DNA from: Spirochaetia bacterium
GTDB taxonomy: Bacteria; Spirochaetota; Spirochaetia; CADAEX01
Length of the DNA: 60,570 bases
Direction: 5' to 3'
Assembly: GCA_034003145.1 (NCBI GenBank)
Contig: JAVEZE010000002.1
Span: forward strand, 1 to 60,570
Position 1 is the stretch's first letter. Each line of letters begins with the position of its first letter. The notes under the pieces are model-generated. The model had not been told where the DNA came from. It searched no databases and saw only the letters and a program-made list of their open reading frames with translations. Positions 17,072-26,124 of the stretch are shown here, in pieces. The position numbers and the translations under genes were made by a program.

Positions 17072-18048
17072 AAGGATATGATGTCGTTCTTGACGGATCA
17101 ACAATAAAATTAAACGGTGTTTCGACAAAGATTATCGCGGAGGCAGGATGCAGCGGGCTTAATCTTAACGGATTTGGTGAAGAATATAAATACAGCGATA
17201 TTTTTAAAAAGAACGGAAAGATCCATATCCCTGGTTTTGGTATGACACCAGGGCTTACCGATTCAATGGTAAGGGCAGGAGCTGAAAAACTTGATAAAGT
17301 TGATACTGTAAGGGTAAGCCACTGCGCTTTCAGACCTATAGCTTATTCGCCTGCGATTTTTGAAACAACTTCATACGAATATGATCCAAACCTTCCAGGC
17401 AGGGTTGTATATGAAGATGGCGAACTTAAGCAGGTTCCCCCGTTTGCAAGGGAAAGACTTATTCCTACACCTCTTCCCTACGGAACTAATCCTCAGTATA
17501 TAATCCCCCACTCAGAGGTTCATACTGCAACAAAATATCTTAAAAAAATCGGAAAGCCGCCGCGGCTTGTAGAAGTAAGGGGAACCTGGCCCCAGAAAAA
17601 CATGAGACTTATCAAAGCTCTTTATGAATGGGGCATTATGAAAAATGAAAAATTCACCTATAACGGTACTGATATGAAAATAATGGATGTTATAGGCGCT
17701 TATCTGCAGCAGAAGGAAGAAGGCAGAGTTACAGACCTTTACGGATACTGCCTTTACATCCAGATGCTTGGAGAGAAAAACGGTAAAAAAATGGAACAGG
17801 TTCTTTACCACACACACCCGAAGTCAGACGGTTCTGTCAAAGGGTGGGAAGGACTTACCGCTTATATCAGAAATGTAGGCTCCCCGATGGGTGTGGCAGC
17901 TCTGCTTATAGCCCAGGGTAAATCATCAGGAACAGGCTGTGTAATACCTGAAGAAGCATTTGATCCGGCTGATGTTTTTGCTGCGCTTGAACCTATTGGA
18001 ATCAAGGTTCATCAGACTGAAAGGGAAATTGCTGATTATAATTATTGA
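17068..18048 (+). CDS. Saccharopine dehydrogenase-family oxidoreductase, remainder (-1 frame relative to the N-terminal fragment)
   Basis: MKGYDVVLDGS continues the family pattern (...alaallkgaDvVin...) exactly where the upstream ORF stops. There is an ATGA overlap. Confidence 0.65.
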   Translation: MKGYDVVLDGSTIKLNGVSTKIIAEAGCSGLNLNGFGEEYKYSDIFKKNGKIHIPGFGMTPGLTDSMVRAGAEKLDKVDTVRVSHCAFRPIAYSPAIFETTSYEYDPNLPGRVVYEDGELKQVPPFARERLIPTPLPYGTNPQYIIPHSEVHTATKYLKKIGKPPRLVEVRGTWPQKNMRLIKALYEWGIMKNEKFTYNGTDMKIMDVIGAYLQQKEEGRVTDLYGYCLYIQMLGEKNGKKMEQVLYHTHPKSDGSVKGWEGLTAYIRNVGSPMGVAALLIAQGKSSGTGCVIPEEAFDPADVFAALEPIGIKVHQTEREIADYNY

Positions 18049-18071
18049 TTTTAATAAATTAACTTTTATTG

Positions 18072-18110
18072 ACCCGGAAAACAGGATACTGTAATCCGGG
18101 TTGTTTTTTT
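18072..18110 (+). terminator. Rho-independent terminator between convergent genes
   Basis: ACCCGGA-(16-nt loop)-TCCGGGT followed by TGTTTTTTT. Confidence 0.6.
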
Positions 18111-18124
18111 AAACCCCTCTGCAG

Positions 18125-19570
18125 CTACATTACGGGGGAAAGTATTCTTATTGCAGAGTTTCTGAATTTCCTGAATATCCCTGTTTTTTGCAGATAAGCT
18201 CTCGTAACTGTTTCTGAAAATTCAAGATCTTTGTAAAAAGAGGCAATCATCTCACCTGCAATTTCTGAATCATAGATAAGAGCATTTATTTCATAGTTTA
18301 TGTGGAAACTTCTCATATCAAGGTTGCAGCTTCCAATTGAGACTATTGTACCGTCAATAATAACAATTTTTGAATGCATAAACCCTTTTTTATACAGGAA
18401 GATATTGACTCCCGCGTTTAGAAGAGGCTCAAAATAGGTATGCGCTGCCCAAAATGGGATTAATTTGTCAGGAATACCAGTCATAAGTATATTCACACTT
18501 ATACCGCTTAATGCCGCAGTCTGAAGCGCTGTCATTATGCTTTGATCCGGGATAAAATATGGAGTCTGGATATAAATTTCCTTGTTTGCGTTGGAAATCA
18601 TTGTGAAATACATCTGATGTATTGAATCCCATTTGGAATCTGCTCCGCTTGTAGCTACCTGGACAGGCATTTCTGTGGCTGTAATTGAATTTTCAGGAAA
18701 ATACTTCCTGTCTGTAAGAAGCTCATCAGAGCTGTTATACCAGTCTACGAGAAATACTGTCTGAAAAAGACTAACACTTTCACCTACAAGCCGGATCTGG
18801 GTGTCTTTCCAGCTTTCAAAGCGCCTGCCTCCTGATATGTATTCATATCCAACATTCATTCCGCCTGTATATGCGATTTCTCCATCAATAACTGCAATTT
18901 TTCTGTGATTACAATAGTTTAGCTTGATGATGGCAAACGGCGCCGCAAGATCAAGGTAATACTTGTAATGGATCCCTGCCTTCCTGAGTTCTCTTTTATA
19001 CTTGTAGGAGATTCTTCCAAAAGAGCCTACACCGTCAAAAAGAAGCCTTATTTCAACCCCTTCGTCCGCTTTTTCCAGTAGAATATCCTTAATTTCTTCT
19101 CCAAGACGGTCTGATGTCCAGATAAAAAACTCAAGATGTATTGAGGATCTTGCTTTTTTAAGATCTTTTATTAGATCCCTGAAAAAATATTCGCCTGTAT
19201 GGTAGATGCTGCAGCTGTTTTTCAACGTCAGAATTGAGCTGTTTGAATTCATAAGCAGATTCATCAGTTTGTTTTTATCGCTTTCACTTTCATCTGAAAG
19301 TGTCCTTTTTTTTAAAAAATGCATCTGGTTTTTGAGGATTGGTTCAAGATTTTTGCTGAAAATTGTATCAGGATTCTGTTTTGTGAGTCTTGTTTTTTTC
19401 CAGTTAATGCCGAACATGACAAACACAAAAAGCCCAACAACAGGGAAAAAAATTATAAACATTATCCATGAAATAGAAACTTCGGGAGGCCTGTTGTCCA
19501 GAATTATAATAAATACTGCAATAATTGCGTTTATCCAGAATATATAATTTAAAATCTGCGCTGGATTCAT
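18125..19570 (-). CDS. cls: Cardiolipin synthase
   Basis: Two N-terminal TM helices and two PLD HKD motifs (HRKIAVIDGEIAYTGGMN and HSKIVIIDGTIVSIGSCN). Confidence 0.9.
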   Translation of the reverse strand: MNPAQILNYIFWINAIIAVFIIILDNRPPEVSISWIMFIIFFPVVGLFVFVMFGINWKKTRLTKQNPDTIFSKNLEPILKNQMHFLKKRTLSDESESDKNKLMNLLMNSNSSILTLKNSCSIYHTGEYFFRDLIKDLKKARSSIHLEFFIWTSDRLGEEIKDILLEKADEGVEIRLLFDGVGSFGRISYKYKRELRKAGIHYKYYLDLAAPFAIIKLNYCNHRKIAVIDGEIAYTGGMNVGYEYISGGRRFESWKDTQIRLVGESVSLFQTVFLVDWYNSSDELLTDRKYFPENSITATEMPVQVATSGADSKWDSIHQMYFTMISNANKEIYIQTPYFIPDQSIMTALQTAALSGISVNILMTGIPDKLIPFWAAHTYFEPLLNAGVNIFLYKKGFMHSKIVIIDGTIVSIGSCNLDMRSFHINYEINALIYDSEIAGEMIASFYKDLEFSETVTRAYLQKTGIFRKFRNSAIRILSPVM

Positions 19571-19738
19571 CTACTTACCTCAGGATAAACAAAATATACT
19601 ATAAAACGTTAAGTATTCAAGCAGATTTTTATTGATTCAATATTTACAAAAAAATGAAAAACTGGTAATTTTAACAGCCTGTAAGCAGGAATTAATGAAT
19701 ACTAATTATTATTTAATATAAAGGCAGGAATTATTCAA

Positions 19739-19927
19739 ATGGCTCGAAGATGTGATATATGCGGAAAAGGTGTTCAAACCGGAAATAATGTCAGCCATGC
19801 TCATAATAAAACAAGAAGAGTGTGGAGACCGAACTTGAGAAAAATCAGGGGATATGTGGAAGGCAAACTCAGATCAGTTAAAATCTGCACAACCTGTCTT
19901 AAAAGCGGCAAAGTAACAAAAATCTGA
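19739..19927 (+). CDS. rpmB: 50S ribosomal protein L28
   Basis: [33 protein letters not shown] is the canonical L28 N-terminus. Confidence 0.9.
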   Translation: MARRCDICGKGVQTGNNVSHAHNKTRRVWRPNLRKIRGYVEGKLRSVKICTTCLKSGKVTKI

Positions 19928-19960
19928 CATATTTTGCCAGTATCTGATTATATAAGTTGT

Positions 19961-20740
19961 TCAAAAGTTAATTTTCAAACCATCCCAGGCAGGTCTCACA
20001 TGCGGCGGGAGCTCTTTTTCAAGAGCTTCATGATCAAGGTTGTGGCACATGTGAGTAAGGTAAGCTTTTCTGCATCCTGTTTTATCTATCATTTCAAGCG
20101 CTTCATTTACTGAAAAATGGGTTGGATGGGGCTTGTATCTCAAAGCACCGATTATAAGTATTTCAATTCCTTCAAGTATCTTAAACGATTCAGGCGGGAT
20201 ATAGCTGCAGTCAGTAAGATATGCGAGTTTTCCAATCCTGTATCCTGAAATATCATTTTCCCCATGTTTAATTTTTACTTCCCTTATTATGGTTTCATTT
20301 TCATGATTGGTATTGCTGCCGGGAACAGTCACCTCATTTTCATTTATTTCAGTGAATATCAGTTTAGGCTTTCCGCCGCCGCTTCCTGCACTATCATTTA
20401 TATAGCTGAAGCGTTTTTTTACATCTGTTATTGTTTTTTTATTTCCGTAGACCGGTATGTGTTTGTACCTTGATAGGGGGCGGAGGTCGTCAATACCATG
20501 AATGTGATCTGCGTGGGAATGAGTAAGGAAAACACAATCCACGTTATTTATCCCTTCCCTTAAAGCCTGAATTCTGAATTCAGTCGCTGTATCTATCAGT
20601 ATTGAGGACTCGCCTGATTCAATCCATACAGATGCCCTTGTCCTTTTGTTTTTTTGGTTGTCTGATTTGCATACATCGCAGGTGCACCCTATAACCGGAA
20701 TGCCGTGCGATGTTCCTGTCCCCAGAAATGTTAAGCGCAT
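19961..20740 (-). CDS. MBL-fold metallo-hydrolase (PhnP-like)
   Basis: MRLTFLGTGTSHGIPV...CxxC...FLTHSHADHIHG. ATG 20740 is preferred over 20767. Confidence 0.75.
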   Translation of the reverse strand: MRLTFLGTGTSHGIPVIGCTCDVCKSDNQKNKRTRASVWIESGESSILIDTATEFRIQALREGINNVDCVFLTHSHADHIHGIDDLRPLSRYKHIPVYGNKKTITDVKKRFSYINDSAGSGGGKPKLIFTEINENEVTVPGSNTNHENETIIREVKIKHGENDISGYRIGKLAYLTDCSYIPPESFKILEGIEILIIGALRYKPHPTHFSVNEALEMIDKTGCRKAYLTHMCHNLDHEALEKELPPHVRPAWDGLKINF

Positions 20741-20788
20741 AACAAGTTTATAACATGTTAATAACACTTATGCATTAAATATAAGCAG

Positions 20789-22345
20789 TCAATTGGGCAT
20801 AAATTTTCTGTAACTTTCTGTATGCGCAGAATAAATATTTTTCCAGAATAATTTTCCTTTTTTCACTGCTCCTGATTTTTCAAGATTATCAAGCCCTTCC
20901 ATTATTTCATCCGGCTGCCAGCCTTCGAGGCTGCAGTAACTGTCTGAAAAACTTTGCCACATCTTTCTGATCCCTTCTGATCCAAACCCTGTTAATATTT
21001 GGGCAACCTCTTTTCCTGTGAGTTTTCTGTTATTGGCTTTGATAAGTTTTATTATTTCAGCCGCCCCTGCAGGGCTGTCAGCCTCTGTGCCGGAGCAGAT
21101 ATCACACCCGCTGCAGTACGGGATCTCATCAGAAAAAAAGGAGAGAAGTTTCTCTCTCCTGCAGATTGATCTGTTTTCCGCGTAATCAATCATCTGGTTC
21201 AGTCTTGAAAGCTGGAATTTTTTTATTTTACTGTAAGATGTGGATACCCCTGCATCTGCTTTAACCGTGGGATTATTTCCGGTCTGTGCAGATTTATTGT
21301 ATAAAAGAACTGCTTTGGACAGCTCCCCGTCCCTGCCTGCCCTTCCTGATTCCTGAAGATATGCCTCAACTGAACCCGGAGGCCCCCTGTGGATAACTGT
21401 TCTGATGTCAGGCTTGTCTATCCCGAGACCGTAGGCGCAGGTTGCGGCCAGAATACCGCTTCCGGATGAAAAAAACCATTTTTCCACTTTCTCTTTTTCA
21501 CTTTTCTCAAGTCCGGCGTGGTAGAAGAAAATCTCATCGCTGCCGAGGGATGAGCGCAGCATTCTTGCTGTAAGTTCTGTATCTGTCCTGCTTCTGCAGA
21601 ATATGAGAAGCGGTTTTTCTCCCTTTTGTGCCAGGAGCGCAGTCTCCCTGTCTATGCATATTGTCGGATACACACTGTAGAAAATGTTGCTCCTGTCAGG
21701 GCTGCCCGCGATAATATTTACCTGGCTTTCACCAAAGAGATATTTTCTGATTTTATCAAAAATTGCAGATGTAGCTGTCGCTGTAAACGCAGTTACGCAG
21801 TCAGGCTTTATAATATCAATTATCTCTCCTGTTTTCAAAAGAGCTTCCCTGAATGTCTCTCCCCATTCCGGAATTGTATGCGCTTCATCCACAACAATAT
21901 GGCTTATAACAGGATTATTGCTTTTATCAGGCTTGAAATATGAAACAGCAGCAGATATAAGGCTTTCAGGATTTGTGAGTAAAATTCTGCATTTCCCTGA
22001 TATTACATCTTCAATTGATCTCATTTTTTCTTCGCGGCTTAGCGATCCGGTTAGGACAGATACATCGATTCCTGCTTTTTTCAGCCTTCTTTCCTGATCC
22101 TTTACCAGACTCAGAAGGGGAGATAAAACCATGGTTGTTTTTTCAAGAATCAAAGAAGGCAGCATATAGCAGAGCGATTTTCCATATCCGGTCGGAAGAA
22201 TTACTATCTGTCCCGGCAGCGCTTCCCCTGTTTTTTCAGCAGCAGAAAGTATATTGGAGATTACAAGGCGCTGGTAGGGATAAAGATAATTAATTCCAAA
22301 GAAATCATGGGCAAGTTCGTTGAGCTGGTCTTTAACTGAATCCAT
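20789..22345 (-). CDS. recQ: RecQ-family ATP-dependent DNA helicase
   Basis: YPYQ, Walker A PTGYGKS, DEAH box VVDEAHTIPEWG, ESGRAGRDG, and the zinc-finger region CRR...CSGCDIC. The start is uncertain (22345 or 22372). Confidence 0.8.
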   Translation of the reverse strand: MDSVKDQLNELAHDFFGINYLYPYQRLVISNILSAAEKTGEALPGQIVILPTGYGKSLCYMLPSLILEKTTMVLSPLLSLVKDQERRLKKAGIDVSVLTGSLSREEKMRSIEDVISGKCRILLTNPESLISAAVSYFKPDKSNNPVISHIVVDEAHTIPEWGETFREALLKTGEIIDIIKPDCVTAFTATATSAIFDKIRKYLFGESQVNIIAGSPDRSNIFYSVYPTICIDRETALLAQKGEKPLLIFCRSRTDTELTARMLRSSLGSDEIFFYHAGLEKSEKEKVEKWFFSSGSGILAATCAYGLGIDKPDIRTVIHRGPPGSVEAYLQESGRAGRDGELSKAVLLYNKSAQTGNNPTVKADAGVSTSYSKIKKFQLSRLNQMIDYAENRSICRREKLLSFFSDEIPYCSGCDICSGTEADSPAGAAEIIKLIKANNRKLTGKEVAQILTGFGSEGIRKMWQSFSDSYCSLEGWQPDEIMEGLDNLEKSGAVKKGKLFWKNIYSAHTESYRKFMPN

Positions 22346-22484
22346 ATTTATAATAACATGTAATTCAGTCAAAACAATTCATAGACGCTGTTAAATTATC
22401 TGTAAATCAGGTTCCGGTATTGATATGATTTTTAATAATAAATAAATTTATCAGCGCTAAATAAAAATCACAGGAATTTTAATT

Positions 22485-23336
22485 TTGAAAGATAATTTAC
22501 TGGAAATTTTTAGAAATCTTTTTATGATAACAGCAGGTTGCGTAATCGCAGCTATTGCACTGAACGGGATCCTTGTCCCCCATCAGTTTGTCAGCGGGGG
22601 AATAGTAGGCATATCCATTATTCTTCATTATGTTTTTCCCTCTATACCAGTCTCTATTTTCAATTTTATACTTAATATTCCCATTTTTGCCGCAGGGTGG
22701 ATTTTTGTAAGGAGGCGGTTTTTTCTATACAGTATCGCCGGCATTCTAAGCTTTACAATTGCGCTGCAGTTTATTCATATTACAATACCGGTTCATGACA
22801 AGATACTTGCCGCGATCCTTGCCGGAATAATATCCGGGATAGGCGGAGGGATGATCCTTAAAACAAAAGGATCAGGCGGAGGCCTTGATATTCTTTCTGT
22901 TATTTTGCTGAAAAAATTTTCATTCAGGGTAGGATCTACAATTCTCAGCTTTAACTCTATAGTCCTTGTAATGGCGGGAGTGATGTTTTCCATAGATTCA
23001 GCCCTTTATACCCTGGTTTATATTTTTGTCACATCAAAGATGACAGAGGTTGTCCTTACTGGGCTTACCCAGAGAAAGGTTGTTTTTATCCTTTCAGACA
23101 AATGGAGGGATATAAGCGGTAAAATCAGGAAAGACCTTTCAAAAGGGATTACTGTTTTAAGCGGTTCGCGGGCAGCCTCGGGGAAAGAGGCCCATCTTCT
23201 TTTTACTGTCGCAACAGTAAGGGAGTCTGTCAGGATAAAAGAGATAGTAAAAGAAAAAGATAAAAAAGCGCTTATTGTTATCCAGGAAACTGTAGATGTT
23301 GCGGGACGGAGGATGGACAGCAGGCCTGATTGGTAA
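22485..23336 (+). CDS. YitT-family membrane protein (DUF2179 C-terminal domain)
   Basis: Five or six TM segments with GGG(M)ILKTKGSGGGLDIL, then a soluble C-terminal domain. TTG start is uncertain. Confidence 0.65.
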   Translation: MKDNLLEIFRNLFMITAGCVIAAIALNGILVPHQFVSGGIVGISIILHYVFPSIPVSIFNFILNIPIFAAGWIFVRRRFFLYSIAGILSFTIALQFIHITIPVHDKILAAILAGIISGIGGGMILKTKGSGGGLDILSVILLKKFSFRVGSTILSFNSIVLVMAGVMFSIDSALYTLVYIFVTSKMTEVVLTGLTQRKVVFILSDKWRDISGKIRKDLSKGITVLSGSRAASGKEAHLLFTVATVRESVRIKEIVKEKDKKALIVIQETVDVAGRRMDSRPDW

Positions 23337-23477
23337 AGGCCAGGAGGATAAAAGAGGGGGAAACAGAGGCAGGCCTTGCTGCGCAGGGGTTGATAGCGTG
23401 ATATGAGCTTCAGGTTTGAGTGCCAAGTTTGAGAAACAGGGTTAAACGCATGGGCTGCTTACCGCTAAATTCAATCT

Positions 23478-24170
23478 TCAGGTTTGAGTTCCGATAAAAA
23501 GGCTGATTCTTTTTACTGCTCCATAAAGCTTGTTACTGGTTTTTTTAAGGTATGGTATTTCCGCCTCAAGCTCCATAATATCGAAAAACTGATCTGATGA
23601 ACCGGAATATTCTCCTTCATCTTCCCATTCCTTTTCCTGAATCAGCTTTTCAATTTTTACCGCAAGAGGGTTAGCCTCTTTTGCCGCATCCGAAAGAAGC
23701 TGCTTGACCGAGGCAAGGAAAACAATCTCTTTTTCACCGCAGCAGGAAGAGGCAGTGTTTTTTTCAATAATATCAAGAGATAACTTCGCATACTCACCCG
23801 CAGCCCTGATTACTGAAACCTCTTTTTTAAGTATTTGAAAATCCGTATCTGTACTGTACCCTGAGTAAAAATAAAGCGAGTTTTCTCTGTTTATTTCCTT
23901 TATAATTTCAAGTATTTCTTTATCAGTTGTTTTCTTTTTGGCAAGTGATTCCATATCCTTAATAGCATTTGCCCTGATAGACGGGGTAAATATATCTTCT
24001 GCGCTGAGAGGTATTGAATCAGGGCCCATGCCAACTTGGGGTATTAAATGGGAACAAGACATTACAAACAGGCAGCAAATAATTAAGACATGATAAATCC
24101 TGTATGCTGATGTGAAATGATTTTTATCAGTTTTCCATGAAAAATGAGTCAAACCTGATCCCTTCTCCAT
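23478..24170 (-). CDS. Hypothetical protein, possible lipoprotein
   Basis: LIICCLFVMSC is a lipobox-like segment. I recognise no family. The N-terminus overlaps the upstream gene by 44 nt, so the true start is unclear. Confidence 0.4.
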   Translation of the reverse strand: MEKGSGLTHFSWKTDKNHFTSAYRIYHVLIICCLFVMSCSHLIPQVGMGPDSIPLSAEDIFTPSIRANAIKDMESLAKKKTTDKEILEIIKEINRENSLYFYSGYSTDTDFQILKKEVSVIRAAGEYAKLSLDIIEKNTASSCCGEKEIVFLASVKQLLSDAAKEANPLAVKIEKLIQEKEWEDEGEYSGSSDQFFDIMELEAEIPYLKKTSNKLYGAVKRISLFIGTQT

Positions 24171-25206
24171 TTTTAATTTTATTCCTGACTGTTTTTCCTG
24201 TGATCAGCTCTGCAAAATCAGGAGAAAGGCCGGGTGTGAGGTTTTTTTCACTTCGAAGCGGGGCAAAATCCATCTCTTTAAGCTTCTCTCCCGGCATTAT
24301 TGTACGCAGCGCCATAAGAGAACGGTTTGTCCTTCCGTAATTATCCTTCTCTGAAGAGGCCAGCTTTTTAACCCCGTCGCCTGTTACTGCCCTGACCTTC
24401 TCCTTGCCGAACCTCCTCTGCAGTTCTGCCAGAAGAACTTTCCTGTCCGGCCGGATTTTGCAGGATTTTTGATACTGCCTTATCTCGCCACTCATTTTTT
24501 TAAAATCATGCGGATTCAATGAAGTTGCGTCATCAAGTCCTCCTCCGCTTTTATCCAGTGTAATGTGCTTTTCAAGCGTTACCGCGCCGAGGGCCATCGA
24601 GACAAGGGGAACAAGAAGCGGGTCTGCCGAGTGGTCTGAGACTCCTGTTTTAAAACCGAAAACAGCAGAAAGTGTTTTAATTAAAGCAAGGTTATAATCC
24701 TCTTCCGGCGCAGGGTAGGAAGTTACGCAGTGGAGAAATGTAATATCTCTCCCTGTTATGGCAACAGCCTTTTCTATGTCAGAGAGCATCGATACTCCGC
24801 CTGATATAATCAGCGGCAGTTTATATCCAGTCACCTCCTCAAGCAGGGGGTAATGATTAAGCTCAGGGGAAGCTATCTTTAACATTGAAACTCCGATATT
24901 TTTAAGCAGTCTCGCGCTTTTTATGCCGAAAGGTGTTGCCAGGAATTTAATACCGCATTTTTCTGTTTCCTGCTTCAATTTGAGAAAAAATTCCTCATCT
25001 CTTTCAAGCTCTTTGAATTTTTCGTAAAGACCGGTATTTCCTCCCGGCAGTTTTACCCTGCCGCATAAAGGATGGAGTATCTCATCAGCAAAAACAACCT
25101 GGAATTTAACGCAATCAGCCCCGGATTCGGCTGCCTTTTCTATCAGCGTGAACCCTTTTTCAAGTGACCCGCTGTGTGATGTCCCTGCTTCAGCAATAAT
25201 AAACAT
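24127..25206 (-). CDS. NeuB-family N-acylneuraminate (sialic/pseudaminic/legionaminic acid) synthase-like protein
   Basis: MFIIAEAGTSHSGSLEKGFTLIEKAAESGADCVKFQ is the NeuB signature N-terminus. The C-terminal SAF-like domain ends in GEGIRF. Confidence 0.75.
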   Translation of the reverse strand: MFIIAEAGTSHSGSLEKGFTLIEKAAESGADCVKFQVVFADEILHPLCGRVKLPGGNTGLYEKFKELERDEEFFLKLKQETEKCGIKFLATPFGIKSARLLKNIGVSMLKIASPELNHYPLLEEVTGYKLPLIISGGVSMLSDIEKAVAITGRDITFLHCVTSYPAPEEDYNLALIKTLSAVFGFKTGVSDHSADPLLVPLVSMALGAVTLEKHITLDKSGGGLDDATSLNPHDFKKMSGEIRQYQKSCKIRPDRKVLLAELQRRFGKEKVRAVTGDGVKKLASSEKDNYGRTNRSLMALRTIMPGEKLKEMDFAPLRSEKNLTPGLSPDFAELITGKTVRNKIKNGEGIRFDSFFMEN

Positions 25207-25319
25207 GTTTTCCGCCTATTAATTGTTTACGGTATATTAAATCTACGTTATATTATACAATAACAAAAAATAACTCGACAAGAACAGCTTGTTGTTATAA
25301 TATTTATTGAGAGGTAATT

Positions 25320-25538
25320 ATGCAGTATTTAACATGCGATGTGTGTAAAAAAATGATAACTGATCCTGTCAGGGGGAAAAATTATGTTACCCTTAAAAAC
25401 AGACATATCTGCAGAAAATGCAATCTTGCCATAGCAAGAGAGATGCAGGATAAAGCGGAAGCACAGAATACTCCTTATGACTTCCTTGAAAAAAAAGATG
25501 AATACTGCGCCGCAGTTGAGAAAAAGTGCTCAAAATAA
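25320..25538 (+). CDS. Small hypothetical protein with a CxxC...CxxC zinc-ribbon-like motif
   Basis: CDVCKK...CRKC. GAGAGG RBS 6 nt upstream of the ATG. 72 aa. Confidence 0.45.
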   Translation: MQYLTCDVCKKMITDPVRGKNYVTLKNRHICRKCNLAIAREMQDKAEAQNTPYDFLEKKDEYCAAVEKKCSK

Positions 25539-25542
25539 GGAA

Positions 25543-26082
25543 ATGATTCTTCTCCATATATGCTGCGCCCCCTGCGGCTCGGCTTCCGTTGAAAGGTTAC
25601 TTCGCGAAAACCGTGAGGTAACCCTTTTTTTTTCAAACTCCAATATCTTTCCCAAGGAAGAATACCTTAAAAGGTTAAAATACGCGGAAAAACTTGCATC
25701 ACATTTCAATGTTCCACTGATAAAGGATGACTATGAGCATGATAGATGGCTTATCTTTATCGCAGGGCTTGAGGATGAGCCGGAAAAAGGGAGCCGGTGC
25801 AGAAAATGCTTTTATTTTAATCTTGAAAATACTGCCCGGAAGGCGGCCGGACTTGGAATAAAAGAGTTTACAACAACTCTTACCATAAGCCCTCACAAGG
25901 ATTCAGGACTGATATTTGAGGCAGGCGGCACTTTTGAGGGTTTCAGGGAATATGATTTTAAGAAGAAAGACGGGTTCAGACGCAGTATCGAGCTTTCAAA
26001 AGAGCTTGATCTTTACAGGCAGGATTACTGCGGATGCGAGTTCAGCCTGGCAGACAGGCCGGCAAACAGGAGTAAAGGTTAA
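25543..26082 (+). CDS. queH: Epoxyqueuosine reductase QueH (DUF208)
   Basis: LLHICCAPCGS, GSRCRKCF and DYCGCEFS are DUF208/QueH cysteine motifs. ATG 25543 with an AAGGA RBS is preferred over the track start 25477. Confidence 0.8.
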   Translation: MILLHICCAPCGSASVERLLRENREVTLFFSNSNIFPKEEYLKRLKYAEKLASHFNVPLIKDDYEHDRWLIFIAGLEDEPEKGSRCRKCFYFNLENTARKAAGLGIKEFTTTLTISPHKDSGLIFEAGGTFEGFREYDFKKKDGFRRSIELSKELDLYRQDYCGCEFSLADRPANRSKG

Positions 26083-26124
26083 AGGGTTATCCCTGTCCAT
26101 CCTGGGTCACACCGGATAACAAAA

